In this document: positions 11,603-23,712 of the stretch, piece by piece | Position numbering within the stretch: the stretch's first letter is position 1 | Layout: each line of letters starts with the position of its first letter | Source of the DNA: Pelomyxa schiedti | Lineage: Eukaryota; Protista; Evosea | Length of the DNA stretch: 64,000 bases | Direction: 5' to 3' | Assembly: GCA_020536535.1 (NCBI GenBank) | Contig: JAHLWZ010000476.1 | Coordinates: forward strand, 1 to 64,000 | Translations under genes and position numbers: made by a program | Notes under the pieces: generated by a model | What the model was told of the DNA's origin: nothing | Seen by the model: only the letters and a program-made list of their open reading frames with translations | Databases searched by the model: none

Positions 11603-13707
11603 TTAGGGAAATTCGCATTCCTGTGTGGTTCTATTGTTACTGACACTATCTACGAGGGTCTTGAATTTATTGGCTATGGAACGGACTCGATCCTCTCGGC
11701 TGGTATCTGGAGTAATGTCAGGGAGATAGGAAATCGAATGCGTGAACCAGGTGGTAATTTACAGCTTTGGCCTAACTGTGCATCATTAACGGAAAACAAC
11801 TCATCAACCATATTCAATGTCCAGTTAAATACACTACTGCTGTGTGACTGCTGGGCTTCTGTGGCGTGTTATTGGGGAGAGATTGACTGGGAACCTTCAA
11901 ATGTAGGTATCGGCTCCAGTTTTCCTATGTGCTCAATCCAGCACTCTCTTTCAGGGTGACTATCACACATGTGAATATAAGGAGCAGAGCCGACATTGGA
12001 AACAGCCGTGTGGCATTGAGGACACTGAATCATTGGTGTGTCTTAAAGGCAATGAGGCTCATGATGCCGAATTTGATATCAAATGTATAACCTGGAGCTG
12101 TGTCTGGAATACTGTTTGGAGCCCACATATGAGTATAGTACCTATTCATAAAAGCTAGAAAAGAAAATGAAACGGAGCAGATTCAAGAATGAAAAAACCT
12201 CGTGTCATTGGTCTCTTCCCATCCATTGCTGGACAATGCAAAGTGATTAAGAAATAAGTAGAGAAAAAAAGTTAATACCCCATTTGTGGACTTCACACTT
12301 GTTGATTCCATTCTTCTTAATACAACAGGGTCTGCACAATGGACATTGGAGAGCTGTGCGACCTCTCTTAGTCATGCATTTACCGCACCATCCACGCCAT
12401 ATTTGGACTGGTTTTGTATCAGTATGAGAAGATTCGAGGCTTACATCAGCCCCTATACCTGCAGGAAAGTTAAAATGCCATACTCCACATCGAATTACCC
12501 AGTAGCTGCTGTGTTGGTGACACACTTGTGCCTGATGGTGGTGTAGTGAGTCCAGGAACAGTACTAGAGCTAGAATTGGGGCTAGAAACACTAGCGTTTA
12601 GGGATGTCACAGCCCCCAAAGAAGCGTTGCGAGTTTTCATGGTAGTCTTGTCATCTAACACAGGGTGGCCAAGCTTGTACAGTAGTTCGCGAAGTTGTCT
12701 TTTCATATCCGGCTTGCTGCTCTGCGGTGTGATGTCTGCCAAGTTCTCGTTAGTGAGGTCTCAACTGGGGATGGAAAATTGGCCAGCGAAAGTCGCCAGG
12801 CGAATCGGAATAGTAAGATCGAGAGTAACTGTAATGCCTGAGGTAGCACTGTATCTTCTCCGGCTGCAAAGCAGTGATGTCACTCTTCGTCTTGAGCGAC
12901 GTGATCGGCGGCAGAGACTCGAATGTTATCGGCTGCTTGGCGCTCCTCCCGTGCGACCCCCCGCCTCCCCCGGAAGAAGACACAGGAGGCGGCCCAGCCG
13001 CGTCCGCCACAGCCGCCGCGCCTGCGCCTGCGCCTGCGCCGTCCCCGCCCAGCTCTGCAGCCCCCCCTGGTGCCCCGGATGACCCGGTGGTCGCTGCCAA
13101 GGAAGCTGCGCGGTGCCTCTTGGCGGGGGTCTCGCGGGTCTTGTACCGGCCGCCGTGGGGTGCTCCTCTTACGGTGCCCGTGGGTCCTGTGGGAGCCGAA
13201 GCAGTGGGCGGAGATGTGATGGCAGTGGAAGTGCTGGTTGTTGTGGAAGCTGCTGTGTTTGACAGTGATGACCTGTATGTTGGTGTTGTTGGTGTTGTTA
13301 CTGTGCTCAGTTGTTTATTTCGTGTGAGTTGGTTGGGCGTTTGAGGGGGGAAAGGGCACAACAACAAACCTGGAGGCACCAGGCCCTGTGGGCACAGTGG
13401 GAGGGGCATTGAAAGCCAAAGGATACACATTGGGACCCTGGGAGTCTGGGCGCCGGTAATATGGGGGAGAAGACGCCGGCGGGGGCGATGTGGACGGGAT
13501 CGCACTTGTGGGAGGGGGAGGGCTGGTGCTGTTGGCGTGGGGGGCAACTCCTGCTTGCTGCTGTTGGTTCTGTTGCTGTTGGGCCAGGGGCAGGAGATTA
13601 TGGGAGTGGAGGGCGTTGGGCTGCAGGATGTAAGGCGACGTCATCGCCGACGGGGCCAACGGCGGAGGAGCGCCATACGACCCCAGAAGGTCCGGGGAAT
13701 ACTGCAT
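11603..13707 (-). CDS. Uncharacterised protein with Pro/Gln/Ala-rich N-terminus and Cys/His clusters (putative Zn fingers); multi-exon, ends approximate
   Basis: Chained minus-strand ORFs with GT-AG introns; WCGKC..CPLCRPCC..CEVH and CPQC..HMC motifs. Confidence 0.6.
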
Positions 13708-13818
13708 TATGGGCTTGTACAAACAAGCTCTCACTATGCCGCACGTGTCCAACTTGGTGATGGGTCCTCACAAACCCAAACCGGTTTTCGGATCTGCTGT
13801 GACAGTGATTGCAGACTG

Positions 13819-14946
13819 ATGCAGCGAATTGGCGACGAAGAGGCGCTCCGGGTGGGTGCAGCACTTCGGCGAGCCATCGATCAAATAGATGCCATAATTG
13901 CAACGCACCACGCCGCAACCGTTACGAACTCGCCTGTAGTTGCGTGTAGTAGCCAGCCTAACGATCGCGGGAGAACGCGATTATGGGGGCTGCGTGCACT
14001 GGACACCGCTATAGCCGAGTTAACCAAAGACGTTGTGGCCAAGCGCAATTGTGGGACAAACGCCGACGCCGCAACTGAAACCAACATGGTGAGGAGAGTG
14101 AGGAAGTTGTGCGCTGACATTGGCCTCAGGTTAATTTTGTTGCTGTCTTATTGCGTCATTTGTTGGATTCTGTGTAGTTGAAATGGTGACATTTTAATTA
14201 AATTAATTCTTCTTTGAGGACGAGGCTTGTGGTTCGGCGCTTAAGTATGTATTACATTGACTTACATGTGGTAGGGCAGAGTTCATTGTGGTGCCGGAAA
14301 ATTATTACTCCCTCGAATTGGAACAAAGAAGGTATTATTTTTCTCCTCTCCCCTTCTGTGCAAACTCTCTCTTAGGGCTATCATCGGAGCTCCATCAGTT
14401 CACTATCTGTGCAAAAGCCTTATTCTCGTATGTTCGGACATAACCGCAAACCACTCAAAACTTTATCTTTTTAGGAGAACTCCTCTTGCACAAATACGGA
14501 CTGCTCGGATCCTTTGAACTCCCGGTTTTACTGCATAATCATCCAATACACTGCACAGCTTCAAGCACAAAAAGTTTTCAAGTTTGTAAGGTCCCTTGTG
14601 CCCGGCTCCAAGAAAGACAACTACCACTTTAGAATGGCACACGACGAGGTACGCCTGTAGAGTTGAACGTGAACACCCACAACCAACCCTCCTCCCCATT
14701 CCAATTTCTTCTCACACCAACACAACACAAAAGGAAGCACAACAACTGACCGGCTACATGCACAACGCCATATGTCCGATCGGAATGTCACAGCGCATGC
14801 CCATAATCCTGGCTGAAGCAATATCCAAGCTTGAGCTGGATTGGATGTGGCTTGGTGGTGGTGAAGTTGACTTGAAGCTTGGTTGTTGTGTGTCTGACTT
14901 TGTCAAGGCCACAGGAGCCTTTGTAGTAGATGTCTACAAATCCTAA
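13819..14946 (+). CDS. YbaK/aminoacyl-tRNA editing (deacylase) domain protein; multi-exon
   Basis: VPENYYSLELEQR, HYLCKSLIL, LTGYMHNAICPIGM, WLGGGEVDLKLG. Confidence 0.85.
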
Positions 14947-15270
14947 ATACCTGGGTTAAGCCAACTGTGCCCATAATTATTGCTTTTTTGGGAACGCCCG
15001 GGTTTATTTTTTGGTTTTTTTGGGACTTGGTGTTAATTGATGATACTGATACCATTGGATATAATAATAGATGAATGTGGTGTGTACATCTGAAAAAAAC
15101 TTTTTGCCTTTTGAGTTGTTTGGCAAAGGAGTTAAAAAACTTCTCTTTTCATCGTCGTTTGAAGGTAACAAATTTCTCTTTTGTTGGGTGCGGTACTTAA
15201 CAAAATTAAATCTGAGGGAGACATGCCGATAGAGTTTTTTTTATTGCTTTGGTTATACAGTGTTGGGTGA

Positions 15271-17207
15271 TTAGGGACCAGCCTCTTCAGGAGAAATGGA
15301 CCAGTGAATGACAACCTGTGTAAGGGTTATGTGTGGTTATTTGAACAAAAAAAGGACTAAGCATACATCAAAGCCTTCTTTGTAGACAGCATATCCAAAG
15401 CCTTTCATTAGATATTGAAGCTCTATGAATGACGGCGGTGCATTGCCTAGTGCAGCCTCAAGCCTTGCAATGCCATCCGGCTTTCCACTCACCTGCTCAA
15501 CAAGGTGATGCACAAGTTCCCGTGAAGGATGAGGGCACAGCATTCCCAGTCTGTTTTAGTTTGCGTGTGTTATCACTCGACAATGAATTAGTGTTACAAA
15601 TAAAAACCTTACAAAGCCGTCGCTTGCCGTTATTACTGAGAGGCACAAGCCCTCCGTTGGAGAAGCCTTGATGGAAGAGAGCGCTTGTTCTGGTAAGGGA
15701 GGGAAGCCAAATGTAGAAAAGGCATCTACTGCTAGCTGAAAAAAGTTAACACGTTCCCACATAAAAGAAGAGAGCTTACATTGAGCTGTGAATTGAAGTC
15801 TCCCCCTGGGAGTCGCATGCGCATCTCAGTTTGCCTGGGTGGTGCAGCACCCATGTCCCTTCCGACAGAGTAGCACTGGGCTACATTGTGTGCTTCACAC
15901 CACTCAGTAACTTTTTTGGTAGGGTCACCGGGATCGGCGGATTCAATTGCTAGCTGTTGGGAATTGTCAGTTCAACGCGGGATGGAAGCGAGATACCTTG
16001 GTGGCGATATCAACAGGGAAGTACCAACCACCATCCATTCCACCTTTGCCACTCATGTCAATCCAAGACCCGATCTTGATTGGATTAATCAAAGCACCGA
16101 CATCGTTTAGTTTATCAATCTCGGACTCAGGTGCTCCAACGTTCCAGAAGAAATCCACCATCTTCTGTATGAAGAGGTTTTGTGGACCACAGGTACGCCA
16201 GGTGAGTTTCTCCATTTCTGCAGAAACAGATATGTGGAAATCAATTGCCTGTCCTGCCACAAGTTCACTTCTTGGGGGTATACTTTCACACCAAATCTGC
16301 AAAAAATTACATGGTATTTCACCTAGATCTTGCACACCTGCCAAAATTCTAGAACTTTACTCTCTGGGTCCTGAAGGAAAGGAATGACCGCTTTGGCTGC
16401 ATTCAATTTCGCTCTAGTGTCAGAAAGAACAGTGGGTACAGGAGAAGCTGGAGTGACAACTGGAGTAGGTGTGGTAACGGGGGTGACGACGGGTGTTGTG
16501 GTAGTGGTGGTGGTGGGATTGGGATTGGTTGTGGGAGTGGCAGCGCCAGTGGCATTTGGGGTGGGGTGTGCATCCTTGCCAGTTATATTGCGCTTGATTG
16601 CTTCTATCCATTCTGGAACTTCCGGTTGTGTGTCAGGTTTGATCAAGAACACACGGTGTCCCCTGTGAGAGATTAATTTTTAAATAAATTGTAATTTTTC
16701 TCCCTTGTTCCCAAATTCCTAACATAAATCGTACTTTGGGCCACGTGCAGAAATGGAAAACATGGGTTTTTTCTTTTCAGATTCGTCTTTGACCTGGCTC
16801 GTGGGCTCTAAGTCAATGAAGCCCATTGCTTCAGTATCCTTTATTTTGTACATTAAGCTTAAGAACTGTCAATTTTGAGTCCCTCACCGATCTCCCCTTG
16901 AAGTACCAAAGACGTTTCTCCTTCAGGACGAACCAACGCCTCTTCCAGGTCTTGATTGACCCACCCTGTTTTGTGCACCAGCCATCTTTATCAGCTGGTT
17001 GCAGTGAAGCAACAGAAACTTGAAGTTGCTGGGGAAAAAAGGGGAAACGAGTGAGACGACAATCAAGTTTATAGCGTTTAGTATTTGCAATCGCGAAAGA
17101 AACGCCGCGTCATAGATCTCGCCGTTTTTTTGAGATCCAACAAACGGGAGGTGGTGGGGGCGATGCCGAGTTTGTGTCGTTTTGTTATTGCGTGCCTTAT
17201 CGGCCAT
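15271..17207 (-). CDS. PH-domain protein with Thr/Pro linker and an uncharacterised C-terminal domain; multi-exon, start tentative
   Basis: KDGWCTKQGGSIKTWKRRWFVLK, WIEAIK PH motifs; ends WSISPEEAGP*. Confidence 0.85.
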
Positions 17208-17961
17208 TCGTTCCGGTGAGCGGCGTGACTTGTCCCTTTTGGTTTTTTTTTGTTTTTTTTCTTCCTTCCGCTTTTTGGATTTCGACGGGGAGAGTTAAGT
17301 TGTCGCCTATTTTTTGATTTCTTTTTCTGGTGTCCGTTTGCACACCAAAGGGAAAGGGAAAAAAAAAAGTACATCTTCCGCTAAGAGCGACAGAGGTGCC
17401 ATGGGGATTGGCAATCACGAGACTGGTTGATGAAGGTGCGTGTGTGTTTGTAATCACGAATCTTGTTGGTCTAGATCACGGTACCCGTTCAATCGGTACC
17501 AAGTCACTTGCTTTGATACCAGCAGGGCTTTGGGGTTGTGGTAGTGTCTAACGAGAAAAACCCCTTCGCTCTGGCTGAAGGTTACATACGGAACGAAGCT
17601 ATGGATGTGTTTGCGCATCGTTAATTGAACGATGCAAGGCAAGAGGCTTACGTGACAAGGAAAAGTGTTTGGCTTCTTGTTTCATCACCACGAGTTCATA
17701 AAAGTTCCTTTATTCTTCAAAGACGTGGAAATTGATCGAGTGGTCAGGCTGCTGGTTCACACACTTACCCCCAAGTTTTTAGAGCTCGTTGGGAACATCC
17801 CACAAGTGTATCTCTGAGATTCCACTCTTCTCCTCGTAATCATGGAGTTCTGACAAAGCGAGTCACAGCGAATTCAGTATTTTTAATGCGTCAATTTCCG
17901 AAAGAGAAGACAGTAATAATAAATAATTCAGAGAGCAAACTCACTGTAGTATTATCGAGAG

Positions 17962-18772
17962 ATGTTCCTGTACGATTGGTTCTGGAGTGTTCTTTCATGG
18001 TTAGGTGGCAGATCTCCTGTGACATATCACCTGTTTTTTTTGTGTAACCGTAGCTCACAGGAATTGGAAGGAAACACGCCAAGATCCTCTTCTTGGGCCT
18101 AGACAATGCTGGGAAAACCAGTGTGCACGTAGTTGGTTACGACTCTCTTATCTAATTGAGATTCCACACAGCACTGCTTCACGTTCTTCGCGATGACAGA
18201 ATTGCATGTCATCCACCCACTAAGCACCCAAGTGAGTTCCCCCTTTTTGACTTTTGAACTCACCTTTTTCAAGCAATGGAGGAACTTGTGCTAGGTAATG
18301 TATATTTTAATGCCTTCGATATGGGAGGACACGCTGAAGGTTACTTGTGATAACCCAATTCCCGAATTCTGATGCCTACAGCAAGGAGACTCTGGAAGGA
18401 ATATTATGCCCAGGCAGATTCCATTGTCTTTCTGGTGGATGCTTGGGACAGGGATCGTTTGGCAGAAGCAAAAGTTGAACTTGATGTACAACAACCCTTC
18501 CCAAACAAAATGTCCTTACCCCCCTACAGTACCTCCTGTCCTCTGAAGAACTGCAGAATGTGCCTTTTGTAATTCTGGGGAACAAGATTGACATGGATCA
18601 AGCTGTGGGAGAAGCCGAGCTTCGTACAGCACTGGGACTAGTGCATACCACCGGCAAAGGTACAGGAACCCTTACAGAGGGAATTCGGCCCATCGAGGTG
18701 TTCATGGTCAGCATTATAAAGCGCCAAGGATACGGCGAGGCTTTCCGCTGGATGTCACAGTATCTACATTGA
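17962..18772 (+). CDS. SAR1: Small GTPase SAR1 (COPII); multi-exon
   Basis: [52 protein letters not shown]. Confidence 0.97.
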
Positions 18773-18818
18773 AAACGCGACTAAAATAATAGAGAAACTC
18801 TTTTATTTGTTGCTTGGC

Positions 18819-20262
18819 TTAGGATTTTCCACCAAGTGGGATTGTGTGTTTGATGCTGAAAGGTTCATCATCGTCTTTACGACTGTATTTATCGTTAAGT
18901 GTTGTTGATGGGTAAACAAAGAAGGAAAAAGACCTAATGAGGTAGACCTTGTCAACCACAAACTCTATAGGTTTGAAAGTGGCTGCAAATTCATTTTTCT
19001 TGGTGTCTATTTGATTCTGATTTGTGTAAGGTTATACTGTCACTTCTTCAGGGAGAAAACAAGTACCTTGGCGAATTGCCCACAAGTAAGGTGCGGGTGG
19101 AATCCGTGGTGCTCCTCGTTAGCAACCAAGTCATTGAAGAAGGGAAAAGCAGAGACAAGTTTATTAGCAAGGTCCACCAAGGCAGTTGGGGGCTTAATAA
19201 ATGTATGTCACTGAGGGAAAAAACCATGATAACAGAGGTGTACCTGTGTTTGTGGTTGCAACCACATAACGCAGCTCTTGGAGTGCTCAAAGTGGTTGAA
19301 GTTGGAGAAAGTGAGCTTGAATGGTGGCACAGTGCTTAGGCATGCTGTAAGTCTTTCAGCGGCCATGTCTATTGCCTCGGGTTGTACAAAAGGCCACATC
19401 CTTAGAAAAGGGGGTTACAAAGATTATACCGGTTGTGGGGTGAGGGATGAGAGGAGGGGCTTTTTACATGTTGATGTGTGGCATCCATCTGTCATAGGCT
19501 TTATCCCACTTCTGGCGAATTGATTGTATTTGGTCCCATTTGGTCTCAGGGGGAGAGACTATAATGGCGCACTTGAAGTTCTTCCTACCACCGGTAAGAA
19601 GTGGTACTCCCTCATGAGGAAGAACGCCTCCAGCTGATGGCAAAGCAGCACTGGGTGGTGGAAACAGGATTTTTTTCACAATAGTGGCCAAATCATCTAA
19701 AAGGAGAGTCAACACATACACAACCACAACAAGCATGAAGCCAAAAAAAGAGATCACAAAAACAAAAACAACAGAGAAACAGACGAGATAGCGGGAACGG
19801 GACCGTGCGTTGGCTGCTATTATGTGATCTAAGAATAGAACTCACAGAACAGAATAGAATAGAATAGAACAAAACAAAACACGACATAACACAGGTCGGA
19901 GATGGCACAACAGCCACAGAGACAGACGCACCCTTAGGCAAGAACCCCGACTGGGACAGCTGCATGAGCACGGAGCCCGCGTCGTCGAGGTCGCCCGAGG
20001 CCTGGAGCGCATCCCCGACGCGCTCCGCCATCCGCCCCCGGTGCCTGGCCCACTCCTCGTCCGTAAGCAGGTCCCTGATCGTGGTCAGGTTGCGGCACTG
20101 CTCCACGATCGGGTGCACGACGACCGCCGCTGGTTCTGCTGCCGCCGCCGCTGCCGTCGAAGACGCTGGTGGTGCCGTCATTGTGGGAGAGGACCCCGAC
20201 GACGAAGCTGTGCTTGTTGTTGCCGTTGTTGTTGGGGCTGGGGTGGGTGCTGCTGTGGCCAT
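18819..20262 (-). CDS. 2H-phosphoesterase (2'-5' RNA ligase-like, LENG9-type); multi-exon
   Basis: DKAYDRWMPHINMMWPFV and FHPHLTCGQF give the two His-x-[TSN]-x motifs. Confidence 0.85.
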
Positions 20263-20547
20263 TTCGTGTGTTACGGTTTCTGTCTGTTTCTTGTGTTTGA
20301 TTTCGTGATGGCGTTTCGTAAGGCTTGTTTCTTCTTTTCCTGTGTTTCTTTGAGGGCTCGTTTCGTAACACTGAGAAAGGAAACAAGATTTTTTTAATTT
20401 TTTCTCATGAGGAATTGAAGTCGGAAACTGGGGGTGGTGGCTCACAGAAGGCGAACCACTGTGTCGGTGAGCTTTCGTAGAACACTCGTTGTTGTAGTAA
20501 CCTGAACGGAGTGTGATTAAGAGAAGATAGCATGGAGAGGCTGGGTA

Positions 20548-23291
20548 TTACAGAGAGGGCAGGACTAACCTGACTAACAATTCCTTAGAGGAAGGCCTCT
20601 GGTCCGCGGCCTGGTGTACACATTGGCAGTAGAGTTGTTGTATTGTTGGAGGTACACAGTTGTTGCGAGGGGCTTCAAAGGTGGCTGCTTCTAGTGTTGG
20701 CCTCAGGCCCTTTTGTACATCGGCGGAAATGATGGATGATGGTGTGGGGGAGGGAGTGGGCGTTGTGGCTGCAGCGGTGTCGGGTGTTGATACAACTGCG
20801 GATGGTTTTGCTGGAACGAAGGAATTGGGTGGAGGTGCGGGTGGTGGAGGCATGTCGAGAACGTTGAACCATGGCCTGGAATATCTGCCGTCAATGCATC
20901 GCCGCAAAATTTCCCAGAATACAATACCAATTGTGTAGACGTCACTAGAGGGCGTTATTGTTCAGTACTACCAAATGGATGGCGGTTGCCGAACCTCTTT
21001 GCAGTAAAGTTATCTGGTGATTGCAATACTTCCGGAGCACTATAAATAGCTTTGTTAATATCTGATTCTGTGGGATCGGCGGTGGCTGAAGAAAAATGTA
21101 GAGCATATTCTGATATCTTCAAATCCCAACTTTCTGTAATCTAAGAACGTGTTAAACACATGCGTTGTGTGAATGTTGACTACCATTATGTTTCTGGAAT
21201 GAAGATTACGGTGGAGTATAGGTGGGGTAAAACTGTGCAAAGAAACTATCCCTCGAGTCATTTGAACCGCAAATTTGAACACCTTTCCCCATCCAATGTG
21301 GTGCCGTGGATTATTCAGCACATCACGAAGGGCTATTCTTACTAAGAAAAGAAGTCATTTTCAATTGGGATACTTACAGCCAAGACCGCAGTATTCTTGA
21401 ACAATGCAAAGCTTTGGCTCAAAACAGGCACCTACAACCAAGTGATTAAGGGTAGTGTGGAGGGATAGATATACCAAAGAATTTAAGAAGATTTGGATGC
21501 TGGAGTGCACTAGCATTTTATTAGAAACAACCTCATTGAGTGTTAAGGCTTACCACATGACTTCAAATTCTCTTTTAAATCCTTCCTGTTCTAAGTCTTC
21601 TGCTGTCAATTTAGGCATCCTCACGGCAACTTCAGTTACTTTCTTGAAGATTGCTTTGTAAACTGCAAAGAATTGAGAACAAGCATGGAAAAAGTTATTT
21701 TTACCTTGACTAGAGTTCTGGCTTTCTACTGTTTTCCCCCCAACGCTTGCAGTAAATTCCAAGTCAGCCGAGTCTATAACCCATTTGTCCAGATTAATAG
21801 AGCCTATTGCTTTTCGAAGAACAGGGGCTTGCACTGGTAGACAGTGAGGGCGACTGAAATACAAAAATGAGAGGTTTACTGTATTCTACAGTGTTGGCAC
21901 GCATCCTCGATCTTACAATAGATTGAGCGGTGTTAATTTCACCAAGAAACTGTTTTGCTTGAAGAATTTTAGCACGGTGGGCAAATTTCTCGATTCCAAA
22001 GGATTCTAATTGCTTGGCGTTAAGCAGGGGGGCTACATCCAGGAAAATGTTGGCTTGAACAAACTAATTGGAGGAAAGAAAAGGTTTGTATTGTAATAAA
22101 TCTGTCACTGTTACCTTCGCTCTATAAAGGCGATATATTTCCGGATCTAATCCCTGTAACCACTTGAATAACTCTTAAATGAGTTAGAAATCGTGTGAAA
22201 TAGGAATTGGCGATACCATCGATTTTCTTGAGATGAGAAACAATCTTTCCTGACTTCATGGTGAGTGCTACTTCAATAGGTGTTTCTCCATTCTTGTTCT
22301 GAGGTTTTTTATCACTATTTAGGACATCAAAGAATGGCCACGATGAGACCTACAGTCATATTCAAGTCTGCGCCAGCCTGGACTAAGACAGATATCAAAT
22401 CTTCACGGCCCATACGAACTGCTAGATGAAGTGGGCTATCTCCATGATCATTGCATATGTTCACATCACTGCCACTCTGTTTTGACATGGTCATCTACTG
22501 TAATACCAGTGAGGGGACGCGGACCTTTGTGAGTAAATCAATGAGCATAAGACGAACAGAGTGATTGAAACAGGCTTTATAAAGTGGTGTCTCACCAAGC
22601 CTTCACGAATATTAGAGTGGTACAGGTTGGGAGACCTACCTATTTACAGCGTTTACATCTGCACCAAGTTCAAGAAACTTGGAAAAGGGTTCCTTGGATT
22701 AGGTGAGACTAGAAAGAAGTCTTGAGTGACATAAAAACCTTGCAGTTTGGGGAAGAGAATTTCTCACAGAAGTAGTGCAACGGAGTATTATTGTCCATGT
22801 TAGTAACCCTCACATTGATTCCCTCTACAGCCAAAAGCCTGGGTATTACTTGATCATCACCAAGTTTAGCAGCATGATGCAAAGGTGTCCAGCCTTGTTT
22901 GTCCTTGGCTCATTAAACCACAGTTGAATGATTTTGAGTGTATTACTGGGGCATTGAAGTCCAGTTTGTGTTCTTTATATACTCTGATAAGCTCATCCAC
23001 TACTAGAGGATTACCAGTGTACAAAGACGCCACCAATGGGGTCTATTTTTTGTGTTTTTTTTTTCAAAAAAAAAAAGTGGTCACAAAAAAGAAACATAAC
23101 AAACCTGGTCATTTGCGTCAGATGTGCCCAAGTCCGCCTTGGATGCCTTGTTCAGTCTTGCCTTGATCTGTGGGGTTTTTATTAACTTCATATAGGCAGT
23201 TGAATGAAATGGCAGCACTACGTACGGCGGGTATGTCTTGTTTGGTTATGGCTGCATGAAGTTTGGCCTGCCGCACTCGCGACTTCTGCAT
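20548..23291 (-). CDS. Ankyrin-repeat + SAM + TKL-type pseudokinase; multi-exon
   Basis: WTPLHHAAKLG, TPLHYFCE, ETPLYKAC, DSPLHLAVRMG ankyrin repeats; SAM-like WLQGLD..LESFGIEKFAHRAKIL; kinase fold with VAVR, HRNLHSRN, YSAPE, RPSSKEL. Confidence 0.85.
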
Positions 23292-23712
23292 CTCAAGCGC
23301 GTCCGATCAACGGTTTAATTGTGTTTCGGTGAAGAGATCTCTGCATCTCCTGTGTGCAGATCTGGGGCACGATAAGATGATAGGTCCACACGCGCAGGCA
23401 TGAAGGAGTGGGAGAACCCCAAGCGTTGAGCTTGCAAAGTCAGATGGTCGATCCGATGTGATGATGGTTGATGTTTCAGCAACGAAATAGCAGGGTCTAA
23501 GTTGTTTCTCACACAACAACTGAAGTAGCTTCCATCACTGTTCTGGAAAACGATTCCATACGGGGCACGCAATCTTGATCCCGATTAGCCTAAGTCCAAA
23601 CGACGCACCTTTTTCCCTGCCCAAGAACTAATCGCCCAACACTAAAAATTTCAAACAACAAGGAACAAAGCAAGAACCCAAACAAAACAACGAACACCAA
23701 CAAAGAGTAACA

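Noticed and set aside
19832-19880. (AGAAT)n / (AAAAC)n microsatellite
   Set aside because: Short intronic simple repeat with no further structure
23307-23572. Small minus-strand ORFs upstream of the ankyrin pseudokinase
   Set aside because: Non-ATG starts and no motifs; probably UTR or promoter
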